DNA of 64,000 bases from Nitrospirota bacterium (GTDB taxonomy: Bacteria; Nitrospirota; UBA9217). Shown here piece by piece: positions 1-12,125 of the stretch. The stretch lies in the NCBI GenBank assembly GCA_963751455.1, contig CAVVUN010000003.1, positions 160,001-224,000 of the forward strand. The letters run 5' to 3'. A model generated the notes under the pieces. That model ran no database searches and was not told where the DNA came from. It worked only from the letters and a program-made list of their open reading frames with translations. The position numbers were made by a program, and so were the translations under genes. Position 1 is the stretch's first letter. Each line of letters opens with the position of its first letter.

Positions 1-1
1 T

Positions 2-175
2 GTTTCCGAAGTGATATCGGTCCCCGCTAACAACTTCCTTGCCATGCCGGCGAATGCGTCGGGTCAGGGCGAAAAAGGCCAAAGCCGTTTTATAAAGAGC
101 ATCATTCAACGGGAAGAAGGCGCGGCCGCCCTTCTCGATATTGAAAAAATTTTAGACGAGATAAGGCTGGAATGA
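2..175 (+). CDS. cheW: CheW-like coupling protein, C-terminal part (truncated by window start)
   Basis: Manual translation VSEVISVP...RFIKSIIQREEGAAALLDIEKILDEIRLE* matches a CheW C-terminus; lies directly upstream of an MCP. Confidence 0.75.
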   Translation, partial: VSEVISVPANNFLAMPANASGQGEKGQSRFIKSIIQREEGAAALLDIEKILDEIRLE

Positions 176-251
176 ACAGTTGACAACACGGGGGACCGCC
201 GCAGCGCGGCGTCTGCGCTGAAATAATATCGCTATAAAGGAGTAGAATCCT

Positions 252-2117
252 ATGAAGATCAGAAATCCATTTTACCGGCTGAGCATCAGGACAAAGATCG
301 TGATGACGATCATGAGTATGTCCGTGATTTTCGGTTCGGGCATCCTGGCATTCATATACTTCCAGATTCAGGCAACCCTCAGGGAAGAGGCGATCAACAA
401 GACGCTCATTCTGGCAGACGGTCTTAGCGTGAAAGCGGCGGAACCGGTTCAGGTCGAGGATCTTAATTCGCTCCAGTTCATCCAGGGCGAAGCAATCAGC
501 CAGCCGGACGTCGCTTATTGCTTCATCCGGGACGGCCGGGGCCGGGTCATGTCGTCCTCGTTCGAAGGAAACGCGGTACCTGTCGTGCTTCAGACGATCA
601 ACGCGCTCAAACCCGGAATGCCGTTCGCAACAGAGCACGCGACCATCAGGCTGAAGGATAATCCGATCGAGGTCATCGACATTGCTTCACCGATCGCAAG
701 CGGCACGCTCGGCAGCGTGCACGTCGGGCTCAATATGACCAAGATAAAGCAGGACATCAGACAGATGCTCTTCTTTATCATGGTCGTGGGAATCGTTGCG
801 CTGGTAATTCTATCCGGTGTTTCGCTCGTTCTCTCCGCTCTGACGATCAATCCCGTAAAGGACCTCATGAAAGTAGCCGAAGCGCTTGGCCGCGGCGATC
901 TTTCCATGAAGGCTCATGTGAAGACCGGAGATGAACTCGGCCAGCTCGGCGATACCCTGAACCGTACGATCGACCGCCTGCAGGGCCTTATCCAGACGGA
1001 AAGCGACCGGGACAAGATGCAGCATCAGGTCATGGATCTTCTCTCCGTGGTGAGCACCGCCGCCGAGGGAGACCTTACGATCAAAGCCGAAGTGACCGCC
1101 GATGCACTGGGCTCCGTGGCTGACGCCTTCAACCTCATGATCACCGGTCTTACCAGCCTTGTCGCACAGGCAGGAAACGTGGCGACTGAAATACAGAGAT
1201 CCACATCGGAAATTCTGCACTCCTCGGACCGCATGCGTATCGGCGCCGTGCAGCAGGCCGACCAGATCCGAACGGCTTCCGATGCCGTGAATACCATGTC
1301 CAGCACAAGTCAGCGGATGGCGCAAAACGCCGAAGCGGCCACCCAGACATCGCTAAAGGCCACCCAGGCGGCGGTCAAGGGCGGCGCGTCCGTGACCGAG
1401 ACGATCAAAGGCATGCAGCGCATCCGCGCTACAGTGCAGTCTACCGGTAAGAAGATCAAGGGTCTGGGTGAACGGTCGCTTGAAATCGGCGCCATCATCG
1501 AAGTGATCAACGAAATCGCCACGCAGACCAACCTGCTTGCGCTGAACGCCGCAATCGAGGCTGCGCGCGCCGGAGAGCAGGGCAAGGGTTTTGCCGTCGT
1601 CGCCGACGAAGTCCGGAAACTCGCTGAGCGCGCGGCCCGCGCAACCAAGGACATCACCGGCCTCATCAAGGGCATCCAGGTTGAAACAAGCGAGGCTGTG
1701 ACCGTAATGGAAGAAGGAACCCGTGAAGTGGAGGAAGGCACGAAGCTGGCCGACCAGGCTGGAGCCGCGCTTCGCGAGATCGAGCAGATCGTCAAGCAGA
1801 CAGCCGGTCTCGTGACCGACATTACCAGTGCTGCCGGCGACCAGGTTAAAATGACGGAGAGCGTGGCGAGTTCCATGGACAGCATCCTCAAGCAAACCCA
1901 GGAGACGTCACACGGGGTCCAGGAAACAGTGGCGACGATCGGCAAGCTGGCCGAGCTGTCGAAGCGGCTCACCGATGCCATCGGTAGATTCAAACTGGGC
2001 AAGGATTTCATCCAGCATCCGGTCGAAACCTCTCTTCCCGCCCTCGAAGCATTTCCCGCAATTGCGGATCACGTGACGACCAGCGATGAAGAGATCAAGC
2101 TCGGGTTCATCGAATAA
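252..2117 (+). CDS. Methyl-accepting chemotaxis protein, PilJ-like
   Basis: Two TM segments, HAMP domain, signalling hairpin [38 protein letters not shown]; [12 protein letters not shown] segment typical of PilJ-type MCPs. Confidence 0.93.
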   Translation: MKIRNPFYRLSIRTKIVMTIMSMSVIFGSGILAFIYFQIQATLREEAINKTLILADGLSVKAAEPVQVEDLNSLQFIQGEAISQPDVAYCFIRDGRGRVMSSSFEGNAVPVVLQTINALKPGMPFATEHATIRLKDNPIEVIDIASPIASGTLGSVHVGLNMTKIKQDIRQMLFFIMVVGIVALVILSGVSLVLSALTINPVKDLMKVAEALGRGDLSMKAHVKTGDELGQLGDTLNRTIDRLQGLIQTESDRDKMQHQVMDLLSVVSTAAEGDLTIKAEVTADALGSVADAFNLMITGLTSLVAQAGNVATEIQRSTSEILHSSDRMRIGAVQQADQIRTASDAVNTMSSTSQRMAQNAEAATQTSLKATQAAVKGGASVTETIKGMQRIRATVQSTGKKIKGLGERSLEIGAIIEVINEIATQTNLLALNAAIEAARAGEQGKGFAVVADEVRKLAERAARATKDITGLIKGIQVETSEAVTVMEEGTREVEEGTKLADQAGAALREIEQIVKQTAGLVTDITSAAGDQVKMTESVASSMDSILKQTQETSHGVQETVATIGKLAELSKRLTDAIGRFKLGKDFIQHPVETSLPALEAFPAIADHVTTSDEEIKLGFIE

Positions 2118-2122
2118 ACGAT

Positions 2123-5029
2123 ATGGCAGCGCCATTCGATAAGTCAGGAATAATAGAGTTCTTCCTGGTTGAGGCTGGGGAGCACATTCAGAACCTCAAT
2201 AAAGGACTGTTGTCTCTGGAAAAGGACTCCTCCGACAGCTCCATGATAGATGAGCTGTTCCGGGCAGCGCACACCCTGAAAGGCTCAGCAGCCATGATGG
2301 GATTTCCGGGGATAAGCGATGTCGCGCACAAAGCCGAGGACATGCTTGGTCAATTCCGTTCCGGCACCCTGCCGATCCGGAAAGACACCCTCAATTTTCT
2401 TTTCGACAGCGTCGATGCGGTCAAGCTCATGGTCGACGGCGTCGGCGCGGGCAAGCCCGAAGACACCCTCGTTATTGAAAGCATCGCACAATCGTATAAA
2501 GACGTTGTGGAAAAGGTCAAAGTCTGCACCGCTGTCCGCCCGTGCAAAAACAGCCGCCCCCGCCTGCACCCAAGCCGCCGTCTCCCGAGGCCAAGGCTGT
2601 TCCGTCTCCGCCAAAGCCGTCTGTGCCCGTCAAGGGTCTTTCCGAACCTGCCGGTCAGAAGCAGGCCCCTCTCTCGCCGATGCCTTCGCCTGGGGCTATC
2701 CAGCCCGTTGTTGGCGTTCCCGCGACCGGGAAACCAGGCCATCGGGTACCCGGGTCCAAAGCCAAGGACGATCTGGACCTCGCGTGGGAAAAAACATTCG
2801 GTGTGGGTGAAGATGAGATTTTTGCCGTTGAACCTCTCACTGATAACCCGACAGACAGCAAGTCCAGACCGCCGGCTGCAGCGTCTTCACAATCTCCCGC
2901 CGTGAAGCCGGCTGTTGAAAAAGCGTCCCCTGCTCCAGCCGGAAATACCGCCCAAAAGACGCCTGCTACGCCGGGAAAAACGCCAGTCGAAAAAGCGGTT
3001 GCCTCTCCAATCAGCATAGCACCCGACAAGGCGACGGTAATGAAACCGCCAGATTCCATAGCAGCTCTCCCTGGAACGGAAACTACGCTCAAAAAGGAGA
3101 TCGATGACGCAAAGAAGATCGGTATTCAGGAAAAACGCGCCTTCGCCAGACGTGCAACGGATACCGCCGAAATAGAGAAGCAGTTTATCCGGGTCAATAT
3201 CGAGCGCCTCGACAACCTCATGAACCTTGGTGGGCGAAATGGTGGTCAACAGGAACCGCCTCGCGCGTCAGGTCGATTTCATCAAGACGCTGCGGGAGGA
3301 ACTCGCTTTCAGCCAAAACCGCCTGCTTCACGAAATCAAAAAGTTCGAGGAAAAATACGAGTATACGCTCAACTACGGCGTGGCGAACCCGGGTGTCGTG
3401 GAACATTCCAACGACTTTCTTGGAACTTGAATTCGACCGGTACGATGATTTCAATCTTTTATCCCGGAAGCTGACGGAGATCACGAACGATACAAACGAA
3501 ATCATGATGGAGCTCGCCGGCTTCTTCGACTCATTCGAGCTCGATACTGCCAGGATCTCAACGATCACCACGAACCTCCAGGACGAGATCACCATGGCGC
3601 GGATGGTCGAGGTGGATCGCCTCTACCAGTTGTTCCACAGGCCCGATCAGGGACATATCGCAGGAAGAAAACAAGCAGATCAACCTCGTGGTCTCGGGCG
3701 GCGAAACCAAAATAGACAAGACGATCTTCGAGATCATTTCCGACCCCTCATGCACATGATCAGGAACGCGATTTCCCACGGGATTGAACCGTCCGAGGAG
3801 CGCGTCAAACTGGGCAAGGAACCCGCCGGCGCTCTTATCCTGAATGCACGGCATGAGGGCAACAGCATAATTCTCACGATTGAAGACGACGGCCGGGGCA
3901 TGGATCCGGCGCTCCTCAAAAAGACCGCCGTTGAAAAAGGATTCATAGGGTCCGGCGAGGCGAACAGCCTGAGCGATGTTGAAGCCCTGAATCTCATCTT
4001 CCGGCCCGGCTTCTCGACAGCCAAAACCGTCGGTAAAATTTCCGGCAGGGGCGTCGGGATGGATGTGGTCTCGAACCAGCTTGCGAAAATCAACGGCAGG
4101 ATCGAGATCAAAACGGAAAAAGGCGTAGGCACGAAATTTCTCATCAGGCTTCCGCTCACGCTCGCAATTGCGCAGGCGCTGATCGTGAAGTTCAGGGACC
4201 AGGAGCTTGCCGTTCCGATGAACCTTGTCGAGGAAACTACGCGGTTTTCATTCAAGGAGATCCAGCGTGCCGCCGGAGAGGAAATGGTAAATCTTCGGGG
4301 CACGCTGATAAAGCTTCTGCGGCTGAACGACCTGCTCCGGTGCGGTAAATTCCCGAAAAAAGAAGATACGTTCCGGCATCCCACGTTGATCCTCGGGATG
4401 GCGGAAAAAAAGATCGCTCTTATGGTGGAAGACATCATCGGGCGTGAAGAAATCGTCGTTAAATCCCTTGGCGACTACCTGCGGGGAATCAAGATGTTTT
4501 CAGGGGCCACTATTTCGGGCGAGGGAAACGTCCGTCTTATCCTGAACATATCCTCACTGTTCGGGGAAGAGTCCGCGCATGCAACAAAGACAACCATCAT
4601 CGGCGGCCCGGGAACCGGCTGCGCCCGAGGCGGTCCGGCGCAAGCCGAAAGATTCTGGTCGTCGATGACTCCATCAGCATCAGAAAATATGTTCAGCGCT
4701 TCCTGGACCGGATGGGGTATGACGTTGAAGTGGCGCCGGACGGCATGGAAGCGCTCAATATCATGGGCCGGATAAAATTTGATGCCGTAATCAGCGACCT
4801 CGAAATGCCGGTCATGCACGGATACGACTTGATCGCCGAGATGAAGCGCAATCACGCCCTCATGAATATTCCGGTGATCGTTCTGACTTCAAGGGCGGGC
4901 GACAAGCACAAACAGAAGGCGATCGATATGGGGGCTCAGGACTATCTCGTAAAGCCCTTCGAGGAACAGGAGATGCTGAGCGCGCTCAAAAAACTGTTGA
5001 GCACGGCAGCCCTTGCGCATCGTATTTAA
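2123..5029 (+). CDS. cheA: CheA-like hybrid kinase (HPt, Pro-rich linker, dimerisation, HATPase, CheW, REC), broken by several frameshifts
   Basis: AAHTLKGSA HPt; IRVNIERLDNLMNL; HMIRNAISHGIE; DDGRG; FSTAKTVGKISGRGVGMDVV; C-terminal REC (ISDLEMPVMHG) spread over ORFs 2123-2905, 2542-3474, 3227-3430, 3393-4775, 4712-5029. Confidence 0.88.
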
Positions 5030-5196
5030 ACCCAAGCATCAATTCATTCAGCCAGGCTCCATCTTTTGAGTAGCGCGCGGGGATGCCGGGTTTTGCTGTT
5101 TACTGGTGTTGAACGTGTTGCCTTAGTGCCGCATGAAGCAGGCTCGTATCCGAGCGTGAGCGGCAGATACCCGGATTGTTCCACACTTATTACACT

Positions 5197-5607
5197 ATGG
5201 ACGAAGGCACACGATTTCTGATATTATTACTTGACGGCGAGAGCTACGCGATCTCGATTTCACGGCTGCTTGAGATTACGGCATTGCGAGGCCTGCAAAA
5301 GGACCCGAACCTGACCGAGATGTTCGAAGGCAAGTTCGAGTTCAGAGGCAAATATATCCCGGTGTTGAACGTTAAAAAAATTTTTAAGCTTGGCGGCAAA
5401 CCGGGAACGGCACTCCTTGTAATCAAAGGCGCGAAAGGGGTGGTCGGCCTCCTTGTAGACGAGGTAACGGAGATCATAGATTCCGGTCAGAAGCCCGTTG
5501 CTGTGCCGCGGGGCGTGCTGAACCCGTCCTTGCTCTACTATGGAGGCATCCTGCGGCATAAGAACAGTTTAATTTTATTGTTAAACGAGGACGGGCTGCT
5601 CCCATGA
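5197..5607 (+). CDS. cheW: CheW-like protein
   Basis: EGKFEFRGKYIPVLN and GLLVDEVTEII motifs; ATG at 5197. Confidence 0.85.
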   Translation: MDEGTRFLILLLDGESYAISISRLLEITALRGLQKDPNLTEMFEGKFEFRGKYIPVLNVKKIFKLGGKPGTALLVIKGAKGVVGLLVDEVTEIIDSGQKPVAVPRGVLNPSLLYYGGILRHKNSLILLLNEDGLLP

Positions 5608-6051
5608 CGAGCAGTTTTCTGCTGTTTCTGCTGCATAGACGCCTCTTCGGCGTCCGTCTTAAGGGGGCAATTGAAATTGTGCCCTGGCGCCCTTTGCGCC
5701 CCGTCCCGTTATCGTATTCGTACGTTGAAGGCCTGCTCGATTACCGGGGAACCATTTACCCGGTTCATAACCTGGGTAGGTTGCTCGGTCTTGCAAAGAC
5801 CGTAGCTGGGGATGGCGGCGATCAGAAGGGCGGCTCTCCCGCAGGACAGAGTATAATTCTGCTCGAGGAAAACGGCCTCCCATTCGGCATTGTCGTGGAC
5901 ACCGTCCTCAAAATGACAAAGCTCGAAGAGCCCTCTCCCGCGCCCGAAAAAGTGCGGGACATGGATCCCGAAATATGTTAAAGGTATTGTGAACGACGAG
6001 GACCAGGAAATAATGATTCTCGACATTGAAAGGTTGCTTCATGCCGGTTAA
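5604..6051 (+). CDS. cheW: CheW-like protein (frameshift near 5970)
   Basis: YVEGLLDYRGTIYPV, FGIVVDTV; alternative frame continues PKYVKGIVNDEDQEIMILDIERLLHAG*. Confidence 0.8.
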
Positions 6052-7189
6052 GATTTTATTAGCGGACAAAAGCATCACCATCCAGAAGGTGGTCGAGATG
6101 CTTTTTTCAGGAAAAGAATATGAAGTGGTTTCAGTGAGTGACGGAGAAGCGGCGCTCCGCGAAGCGGAGCGGATCGTACCGGACGTAGTGCTTGCCGATG
6201 TCGACCTGCCTCGTCTCGACGGATACAGCTTTGCCACCCGGCTGAAGCAGTTAGCGTCTACTGCCAAAACACCCGTGATTCTTATGATGAGCCGCGACGA
6301 TGTGCTTGATGCGGCCAAGGCGCAGCAGGCAGCGATCACCGATCACATTGCGAAACCCTTTGAATCCCAGGACCTCATCGGCAAAGTAAAAAAGGCGATC
6401 GGGTCCATGCCGGCGCGGCCTGCGGAACCTGAAAGCCAGCGAACCGCGGCGGCAAAAAATGCGCGTCTGCCCGAACCGGCTGTATCTGCGCCTTCAGCGC
6501 CTCCGAAACAGCCGGCCAGGCCGAAGCAGTCTCCGGCCGCCGATATCTTTGACATTATCAAGGAAGCTCCCTCGAGTGCGGATCTTGCGCGCGCAACGCC
6601 GTCCATGGCCACCGAAGAAAGCGTGTATGAGGTTGAACCAGTGGTTGAGGTCGAGGAGCCGGCGGCCCGCGAAATGGAGCGTGCGCTGCCGATCGGCAGG
6701 AAAGCAATGGAGGAAATGCGGGCAGGCCTGGGCCTCGCCGAGGATACGGAGACCCTGGAACCCGAAATCGTCAATTTTGAGTCCGTCGCCATGGCCTCAG
6801 GATCTTTTGCCGAGAAGATGAAAGCCAGACCGCAGGCGGCCCGACCGGAACAGGCGCCGCACATATCGAGCATGCCGGAGGCAAGAGAATATATTCCACC
6901 CCCGCCCGAGCCCGAAACGGCCCTCGGATCGCCCGTGTCTGAAGAGAGGCTGCAGCGCATTGCCGAAGAGGCTGCTTCCCGGGCCGCGCATCAATACTTC
7001 AACAAAATGGCCATCCAGCCGCCGAAGATTTCAGAAGAAACGATACGACGGGGTATTGAAGATGCGGTGTCCAAAATTGCGCGCGAAATTGCCCGCGAAG
7101 TGATCGAAAAAGTGGCCTGGGAAGTCATACCGGACCTTGCCGAGATGCTTATCAAGGCGGAAATCGAGAGGCTCAAGGCAGAGACGTAG
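6041..7189 (+). CDS. romR: RomR-like response regulator (REC, Pro/Ala-rich linker, conserved C-terminal helix)
   Basis: N-terminal REC (ILLADKSITIQKVV), low-complexity linker, C-terminal EVIEKVAWEVIPDLAEMLIKAEIERLK; sits between cheW and valS as romR does in Myxococcus. Confidence 0.72.
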   Translation: MPVKILLADKSITIQKVVEMLFSGKEYEVVSVSDGEAALREAERIVPDVVLADVDLPRLDGYSFATRLKQLASTAKTPVILMMSRDDVLDAAKAQQAAITDHIAKPFESQDLIGKVKKAIGSMPARPAEPESQRTAAAKNARLPEPAVSAPSAPPKQPARPKQSPAADIFDIIKEAPSSADLARATPSMATEESVYEVEPVVEVEEPAAREMERALPIGRKAMEEMRAGLGLAEDTETLEPEIVNFESVAMASGSFAEKMKARPQAARPEQAPHISSMPEAREYIPPPPEPETALGSPVSEERLQRIAEEAASRAAHQYFNKMAIQPPKISEETIRRGIEDAVSKIAREIAREVIEKVAWEVIPDLAEMLIKAEIERLKAET

Positions 7190-7275
7190 AACCAAATCCC
7201 AAGATCCAAGCACCGCCCTGCACTCGTTTATGGCCGTGTTTTGGCAACAGCAGGCTACGGCAAGCGCTCGTAACC

Positions 7276-7327
7276 GCACCCTGCATTCGCGCAATGCACT
7301 CATGAACGCTGGGCGCAGGCTGGGTGC
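7276..7327 (+). repeat. Dispersed ~50-bp GC-rich intergenic repeat, copy A (partial copy at 7211-7226)
   Basis: GCACCCTGCATTCGCGCAATGCACTCATGAACGCTGGGCGCAGGCTGGG aligns with copies at 23015, 60281 and 60464. Confidence 0.75.
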
Positions 7328-7330
7328 ATG

Positions 7331-7428
7331 CAAATCCCAAATAAGCTCCAAATGTCAAAATTCAAAAATGTTTTGAATTTTTGGAAATTGGAATTTATTT
7401 GGGATTTGTAATTTGATATTTGTAATTT
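7331..7428. repeat. AT-rich palindromic heptamer-repeat element
   Basis: 14-bp IR CAAATCCCAAATAA (7331-7344)/TTATTTGGGATTTG (7395-7408); inner IR AAAATTCAAAA/TTTTGAATTTT; GxxATTT heptamers. Confidence 0.75.
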
Positions 7429-7494
7429 CAAAGCAGGGGACTTGTTCCCCTCTTTTATTTAGACATCACGATGCCTTAAAGGAGACCCGTATTC

Positions 7495-10124
7495 ATGTCC
7501 TCGAAAGAATTGTCTAAAGCGTACGAACCAAAATCGGTAGAAGAGCGCTGGTATTCCTTCTGGCTCGACAAGAACTATTTCCATGCCGACGCACAGGACC
7601 CGGCAAGGCTTTTTCAATCGTTATTCCTCCGCCTAACGTGACCGGCTCGCTGCATATCGGCCATGCGCTGAATTCCACGCTTCAGGACATCCTGGTGCGG
7701 TGGATGCGGATGTCGGGCAGAAGCACGGTCTGGGTGCCCGGTACGGACCACGCCGGCATAGCAACCCAGAACGTTGTTGAGCGCCAGCTTGCCAAGGAGC
7801 ACGTCGACCGGCACGCACTGGGCAGAGAGAAATTCGTCGAACACGTGTGGGAATGGAAGAAGGAATACGGGGGACGTATCATCAACCAGCTCAAGCGCAT
7901 GGGAGCGTCTTGTGACTGGGAGCGCGAGCGCTTTACCATGGACGAAGGCTTGTCCCGGGCAGTGCGTGAAGTTTTTGTCACACTCTATGAAGAGGGCCTT
8001 ATCTACAGGGGTGAGCGTCTGATCAACTGGTGTCCCCGGTGCCATACTGCGCTTTCCGATATAGAAGTGGAGCACGAGGACGAGAAGGGCAAGCTCTATC
8101 ACCTCGCCTATCCGCTCAGTGATGACCATGCCGTACGCCTTACGGTCGCAACGACACGGCCCGAGACAATGCTGGGGGACACGGCAGTTGCCGTACATCC
8201 GCTCGACCCGCGCTACAAGCACCTGATCGGCAAAACCGTCGATCTTCCGCTGACCAGCAGAAAAATCCCGGTCATCGGCGACTCGGTCCTTGTTGATCTC
8301 GAATTCGGGACCGGTGCGGTTAAAGTCACTCCGGCCCACGACTTCAATGATTATGAAGCGGGCATGCGCCAGAAACCTGAGCTTGCCCGAATCAAAATGC
8401 TGGATGAAAAAGCGCAGATCCTGGCCGACATCCCCGATGTTCTTCCCGATGTTCTGAAACAGATAGCAGGAAAGCCGGCAAAGAAGGCACGCGGTATGGT
8501 CGTCGAGCTGCTCAGCGAACAGGGCTACCTCATCAAAACCGACGACCATGCTCATTCAATCGGCAAATGTTACCGCTGTAAATCCGTGGTCGAGCCGTAC
8601 CTGTCGCCTCAGTGGTTCGTCAAAACTCAGCCCCTTGCCGCGCCTGCCATTGAAGCTGTTATTTCGCGCCAGATCATGGTGGGGACACCGAATACCGGCC
8701 TGGTTTTGCGACGGCTGCGGAACGATCACCGTCAGCCGGACAGAGCCAAAGGCCTGTTCAAAATGCCGCAGCGTGAACATCAGGCAGGAGACGGACGTAC
8801 TTGATACCTGGTTCTCATCGGCGCTCTGGCCGTTTTCGACCCTCGGCTGGCCCGACCGGACCAAAGAGCTCGAGCGGTACTACCCGACGTCCGTGCTTGT
8901 CACCAGCTTCGATATCATTTTCTTCCGGGTCGCGCGCATGCTCATGATGGGGCTTCACTTTATGAAGGACGTGCCGTTCCGCGACGTGTACATTCATGCC
9001 CTGGTGCGCGATGCCGAAGGCCAGAAGATGAGCAAGTCCAAGGGCAACGTGATCGATCCGCTCGTCATGGCAGACCAGTACGGGACCGGCGCTTTCCGGT
9101 TCACGCTGACAGCCTTCGCCGCGCAGGGCAGGGACATAAAAATGTCCGCCGAGCGGATAGAAGGCTATCGCAATTTCGCAAACAAGATCTGGAACGCAAG
9201 CCGGTTCGTGCTCATGAACCTGGAAGACGATTTTTCACCGGGCTCAGAACTCATAACGCGCGACTCGACGCTTGCCGACCGCTGGATCCTCTCGCGTCTC
9301 AACAGGATCACGAAAGAGATTCAGGCGGCGCTCTCGGAATACCGGTTTAATGACGTTGCCTCGAGCCTCTATCAGTTTATCTGGCATGAATACTGTGACT
9401 GGTACATCGAGCTTTGCAAGCCGGCGCTCAGCGAGGAAAAAGGCTCGGCCAGGCGGAAAGCGGCACAGACGGTTCTTGCCCGGGTGCTGGAGAGTGCATT
9501 GCGGCTCCTGCATCCTGTCATGCCGTTTATAACCGAAGAAATATGGCAGGCACTGCCGGAAAAAGTGAGAAACGGACAAGTGACGAGGGACGAGAATCCA
9601 TAATGGTGTCTGCTTACCCTGCGGCGGATGAGAAGCTGATCGATGCGGGAATTGAGCGGGACATGCAGATGGTCATGGACCTTATCCTGGCGATCAGAAA
9701 TATACGGGGCGAGATGAACATATCCCCGGCAGTGAAGATACCCGTAATCGTGAAAACGGAAACAGGAGAGCTTGCGGAGCATCTCGAAAAAAGCTCCGGC
9801 TATGTAAACACGCTCGGGCGTTTAAGCGGTCTTCTTATAGGAACCGACGTGAAGAAACCTGAAGGAGCGGCCACAGCCGTGATCAGGGGAGCAGAGGTAT
9901 ATGTGCCGCTCGAGGGCGTAATCGACCTCAGCCAGGAGCGGGACAGGTTGCAGAAGGAGATCGCCAAAATTACGAAGGATATCGATATTTTTTCGAAAAA
10001 ACTTTCGAACAAGAACTTTGTCGACAAAGCCCCAAAGGAAGTTGTGGAAAAGGACACGGCAAAGCTTAAAGAATTCAGGATAAAACGCGGGAAGCTGGAA
10101 CAAAGCTTGAAGATGCTCGGTTAA
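7495..10124 (+). CDS. valS: Valine--tRNA ligase (frameshifts near 7610, 8675, 9590; apparent short internal gap near 8660)
   Basis: [13 protein letters not shown] start; [15 protein letters not shown]; [20 protein letters not shown]; KMSKSKGN; C-terminal coiled coil [14 protein letters not shown]. Confidence 0.95.
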
Positions 10125-10129
10125 TTTCT

Positions 10130-10954
10130 ATGGATAACGATGTAAAGCGTCTCATACAGCAGGCTATTCAGGAGGACCTCGGTCCGGGCGATGTTACTAC
10201 TGACGCGACAATCTCTGCCGATTCCCGGTCGACGGCAGTAATGCTGGCAAAACAGGACCTGGTTCTCGCCGGACTCGATGTCAGCAGGGAAGTATTTCAC
10301 CAGATGGACCCTGGTGTCCGGTTTGCCGGTTTTTTCAATGACGGAGACACAATAAAGGACGGAACGGAAATTGCCAAATTGTCCGGGAGCACGCATGCTT
10401 TGCTTAAAGGCGAACGAGTTGCGCTTAACTTTCTGCAGCACCTGTCCGGCATAGCCACCTTGACCGCCAAGTTTGTCGAGAAGCTTTCGGGCACAAAAGC
10501 GCAGGTGCTTGATACCAGGAAGACCATTCCGGGCCTGCGGCAGCTCGAAAAATACGCTGTACGCGCGGGCGGCGGCAGGAACCATCGCATGGGCCTCTAT
10601 GACCTGATCCTGATAAAAGACAATCATATAAAAGCGGCAGGCAGCATCACGAACGCGGTCGGTGCCGCTAGAAAAGGGGCGGCTCAGCTGAAGATCGAGG
10701 TCGAGGCCGGAAATCTCAACGAGGTGCGCGAGGCGCTCGCCGTAAAGGCGGATATAATCATGCTCGACAATATGTCGCTGGAGCTGATGCGCCAGGCCGT
10801 GAAGTTGATTGCCGGTAAAACGCAGGTCGAGGCATCAGGCAACGTGACGCTGGACACGATTCGCGCGATTGCCGAGACCGGCGTTGACTTCATTTCATCC
10901 GGAACCCTGACCCATTCTGCGCCGGCGGCGGACATCAGCATGAAGATAAAGTAA
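10130..10954 (+). CDS. nadC: Nicotinate-nucleotide diphosphorylase (carboxylating)
   Basis: EDLGPGDVTT, ERVALNFLQHLSGIAT, DTRKTIPGLR, NHRMGLYD, LIKDNH, IMLDN motifs. Confidence 0.96.
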   Translation: MDNDVKRLIQQAIQEDLGPGDVTTDATISADSRSTAVMLAKQDLVLAGLDVSREVFHQMDPGVRFAGFFNDGDTIKDGTEIAKLSGSTHALLKGERVALNFLQHLSGIATLTAKFVEKLSGTKAQVLDTRKTIPGLRQLEKYAVRAGGGRNHRMGLYDLILIKDNHIKAAGSITNAVGAARKGAAQLKIEVEAGNLNEVREALAVKADIIMLDNMSLELMRQAVKLIAGKTQVEASGNVTLDTIRAIAETGVDFISSGTLTHSAPAADISMKIK

Positions 10955-10956
10955 CA

Positions 10957-11040
10957 GGTGTCAGGGTCCAGCAGTCAGGGTTCAGGAAAAGCCAAAGCAC
11001 CAATTTTCCCCGGACCCTGTACGCCGCACCCTTGCCCCGG
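10957..11040. repeat. Short imperfect inverted heptamer-repeat element
   Basis: AGGTGTC-AGGGTCC-AGCAGTC-AGGGTTC followed by complementary GGACCCTG...GCACCCT arm. Confidence 0.5.
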
Positions 11041-11047
11041 TATTATT

Positions 11048-12022
11048 ATGTACAAAGACAGAATACTAAAACTTCTCCGCTCGTCGAACACGGGCTTTCT
11101 TTCCGGTGAGGACCTGGCCGCGAAACTCGGCATTTCACGCACCATGGTATGGAAGCATGTAAAAACACTCGAGCGGGAGGGGTTCGGAATCGAGGCGGTG
11201 CCCTCCCGCGGTTACCGGATCGTATCAACGCCGGATATTCTCAGGGTGGACGACATCAGACAGGGTCTGAAGACAAAAATTATCGGCAGAGACATCCACG
11301 TGTATCCTGAAGTCGTCTCCACGAACACCCTTGCGATGGAAATGGCGGCCACAGGCGCCCGCGAAGGCACGGTTGTTGCGGCGGATTCGCAGTCAGGCGG
11401 CAAGGGCAGGCTCGGGCGAAGATGGATATCCCCGAAGGGAAACCTTTACGTCAGCGTGGTTCTGCGGCCGGATATCCCGTCCTATAAGGCGCCGCTTATA
11501 ACGATTATGGGCGCGGTGGCAACGGCATCGGCAATCAGGACCGCATGCGCATTAACACCGGGCATCAAGTGGCCCAATGATATTCTCATAGACGGAAGAA
11601 AGGTCGGCGGCCTGCTTACCGAGATGAGCGCGGAACCGGACCGCATTAAACATATTGTTCTGGGCATCGGCGTAAACGTGAACAGCGACCCGGCTCAACT
11701 TCCTGCGGATATCCGGCCATTCACGTCTACAATTGCGGCTGAGGCGGGAAGGCCGATAAACAGAACATTTCTTCTCCGGCAGATCCTGCAAGACCTGGAG
11801 CATTGGTACCGTATCTTCCTACATGATGCCGCGGATGTGCTCACAGAATGGCGGGCGCTCAACACCACGATCGGCAAACGTGTTGCAATAGCGGGAGCCG
11901 GCGCTCCCCTTGAAGGTCTAGCAGAGAATATCGACAATGATGCCAGACTTATCGTAAGGCTGGACGACGGCAATGCATACACCGTTGCCGCAGGGGACGT
12001 AACTATACTGAAAAAACCGTAA
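11048..12022 (+). CDS. birA: Bifunctional biotin--[acetyl-CoA-carboxylase] ligase/repressor
   Basis: N-terminal HTH (SGEDLAAKLGISRTMVWKHV); QSGGKGRLGRRW; IKWPNDI; KVGGLL. Confidence 0.95.
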   Translation: MYKDRILKLLRSSNTGFLSGEDLAAKLGISRTMVWKHVKTLEREGFGIEAVPSRGYRIVSTPDILRVDDIRQGLKTKIIGRDIHVYPEVVSTNTLAMEMAATGAREGTVVAADSQSGGKGRLGRRWISPKGNLYVSVVLRPDIPSYKAPLITIMGAVATASAIRTACALTPGIKWPNDILIDGRKVGGLLTEMSAEPDRIKHIVLGIGVNVNSDPAQLPADIRPFTSTIAAEAGRPINRTFLLRQILQDLEHWYRIFLHDAADVLTEWRALNTTIGKRVAIAGAGAPLEGLAENIDNDARLIVRLDDGNAYTVAAGDVTILKKP

Positions 12023-12125
12023 GGATCATTGCCGTTGAGAACAGCCGGGAATACGGAATACTTTTTGTGTTAATACAGCTTTTCTCCGGGTTCTGCGTTA
12101 TCCTTTGACTATTAAGGAGTCAGAA

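Noticed and set aside
2123-10124. Programmed frameshifting or true pseudogenisation of cheA and valS
   Set aside because: Indels are scattered over many unrelated genes, often at short homopolymers, as expected from sequencing error
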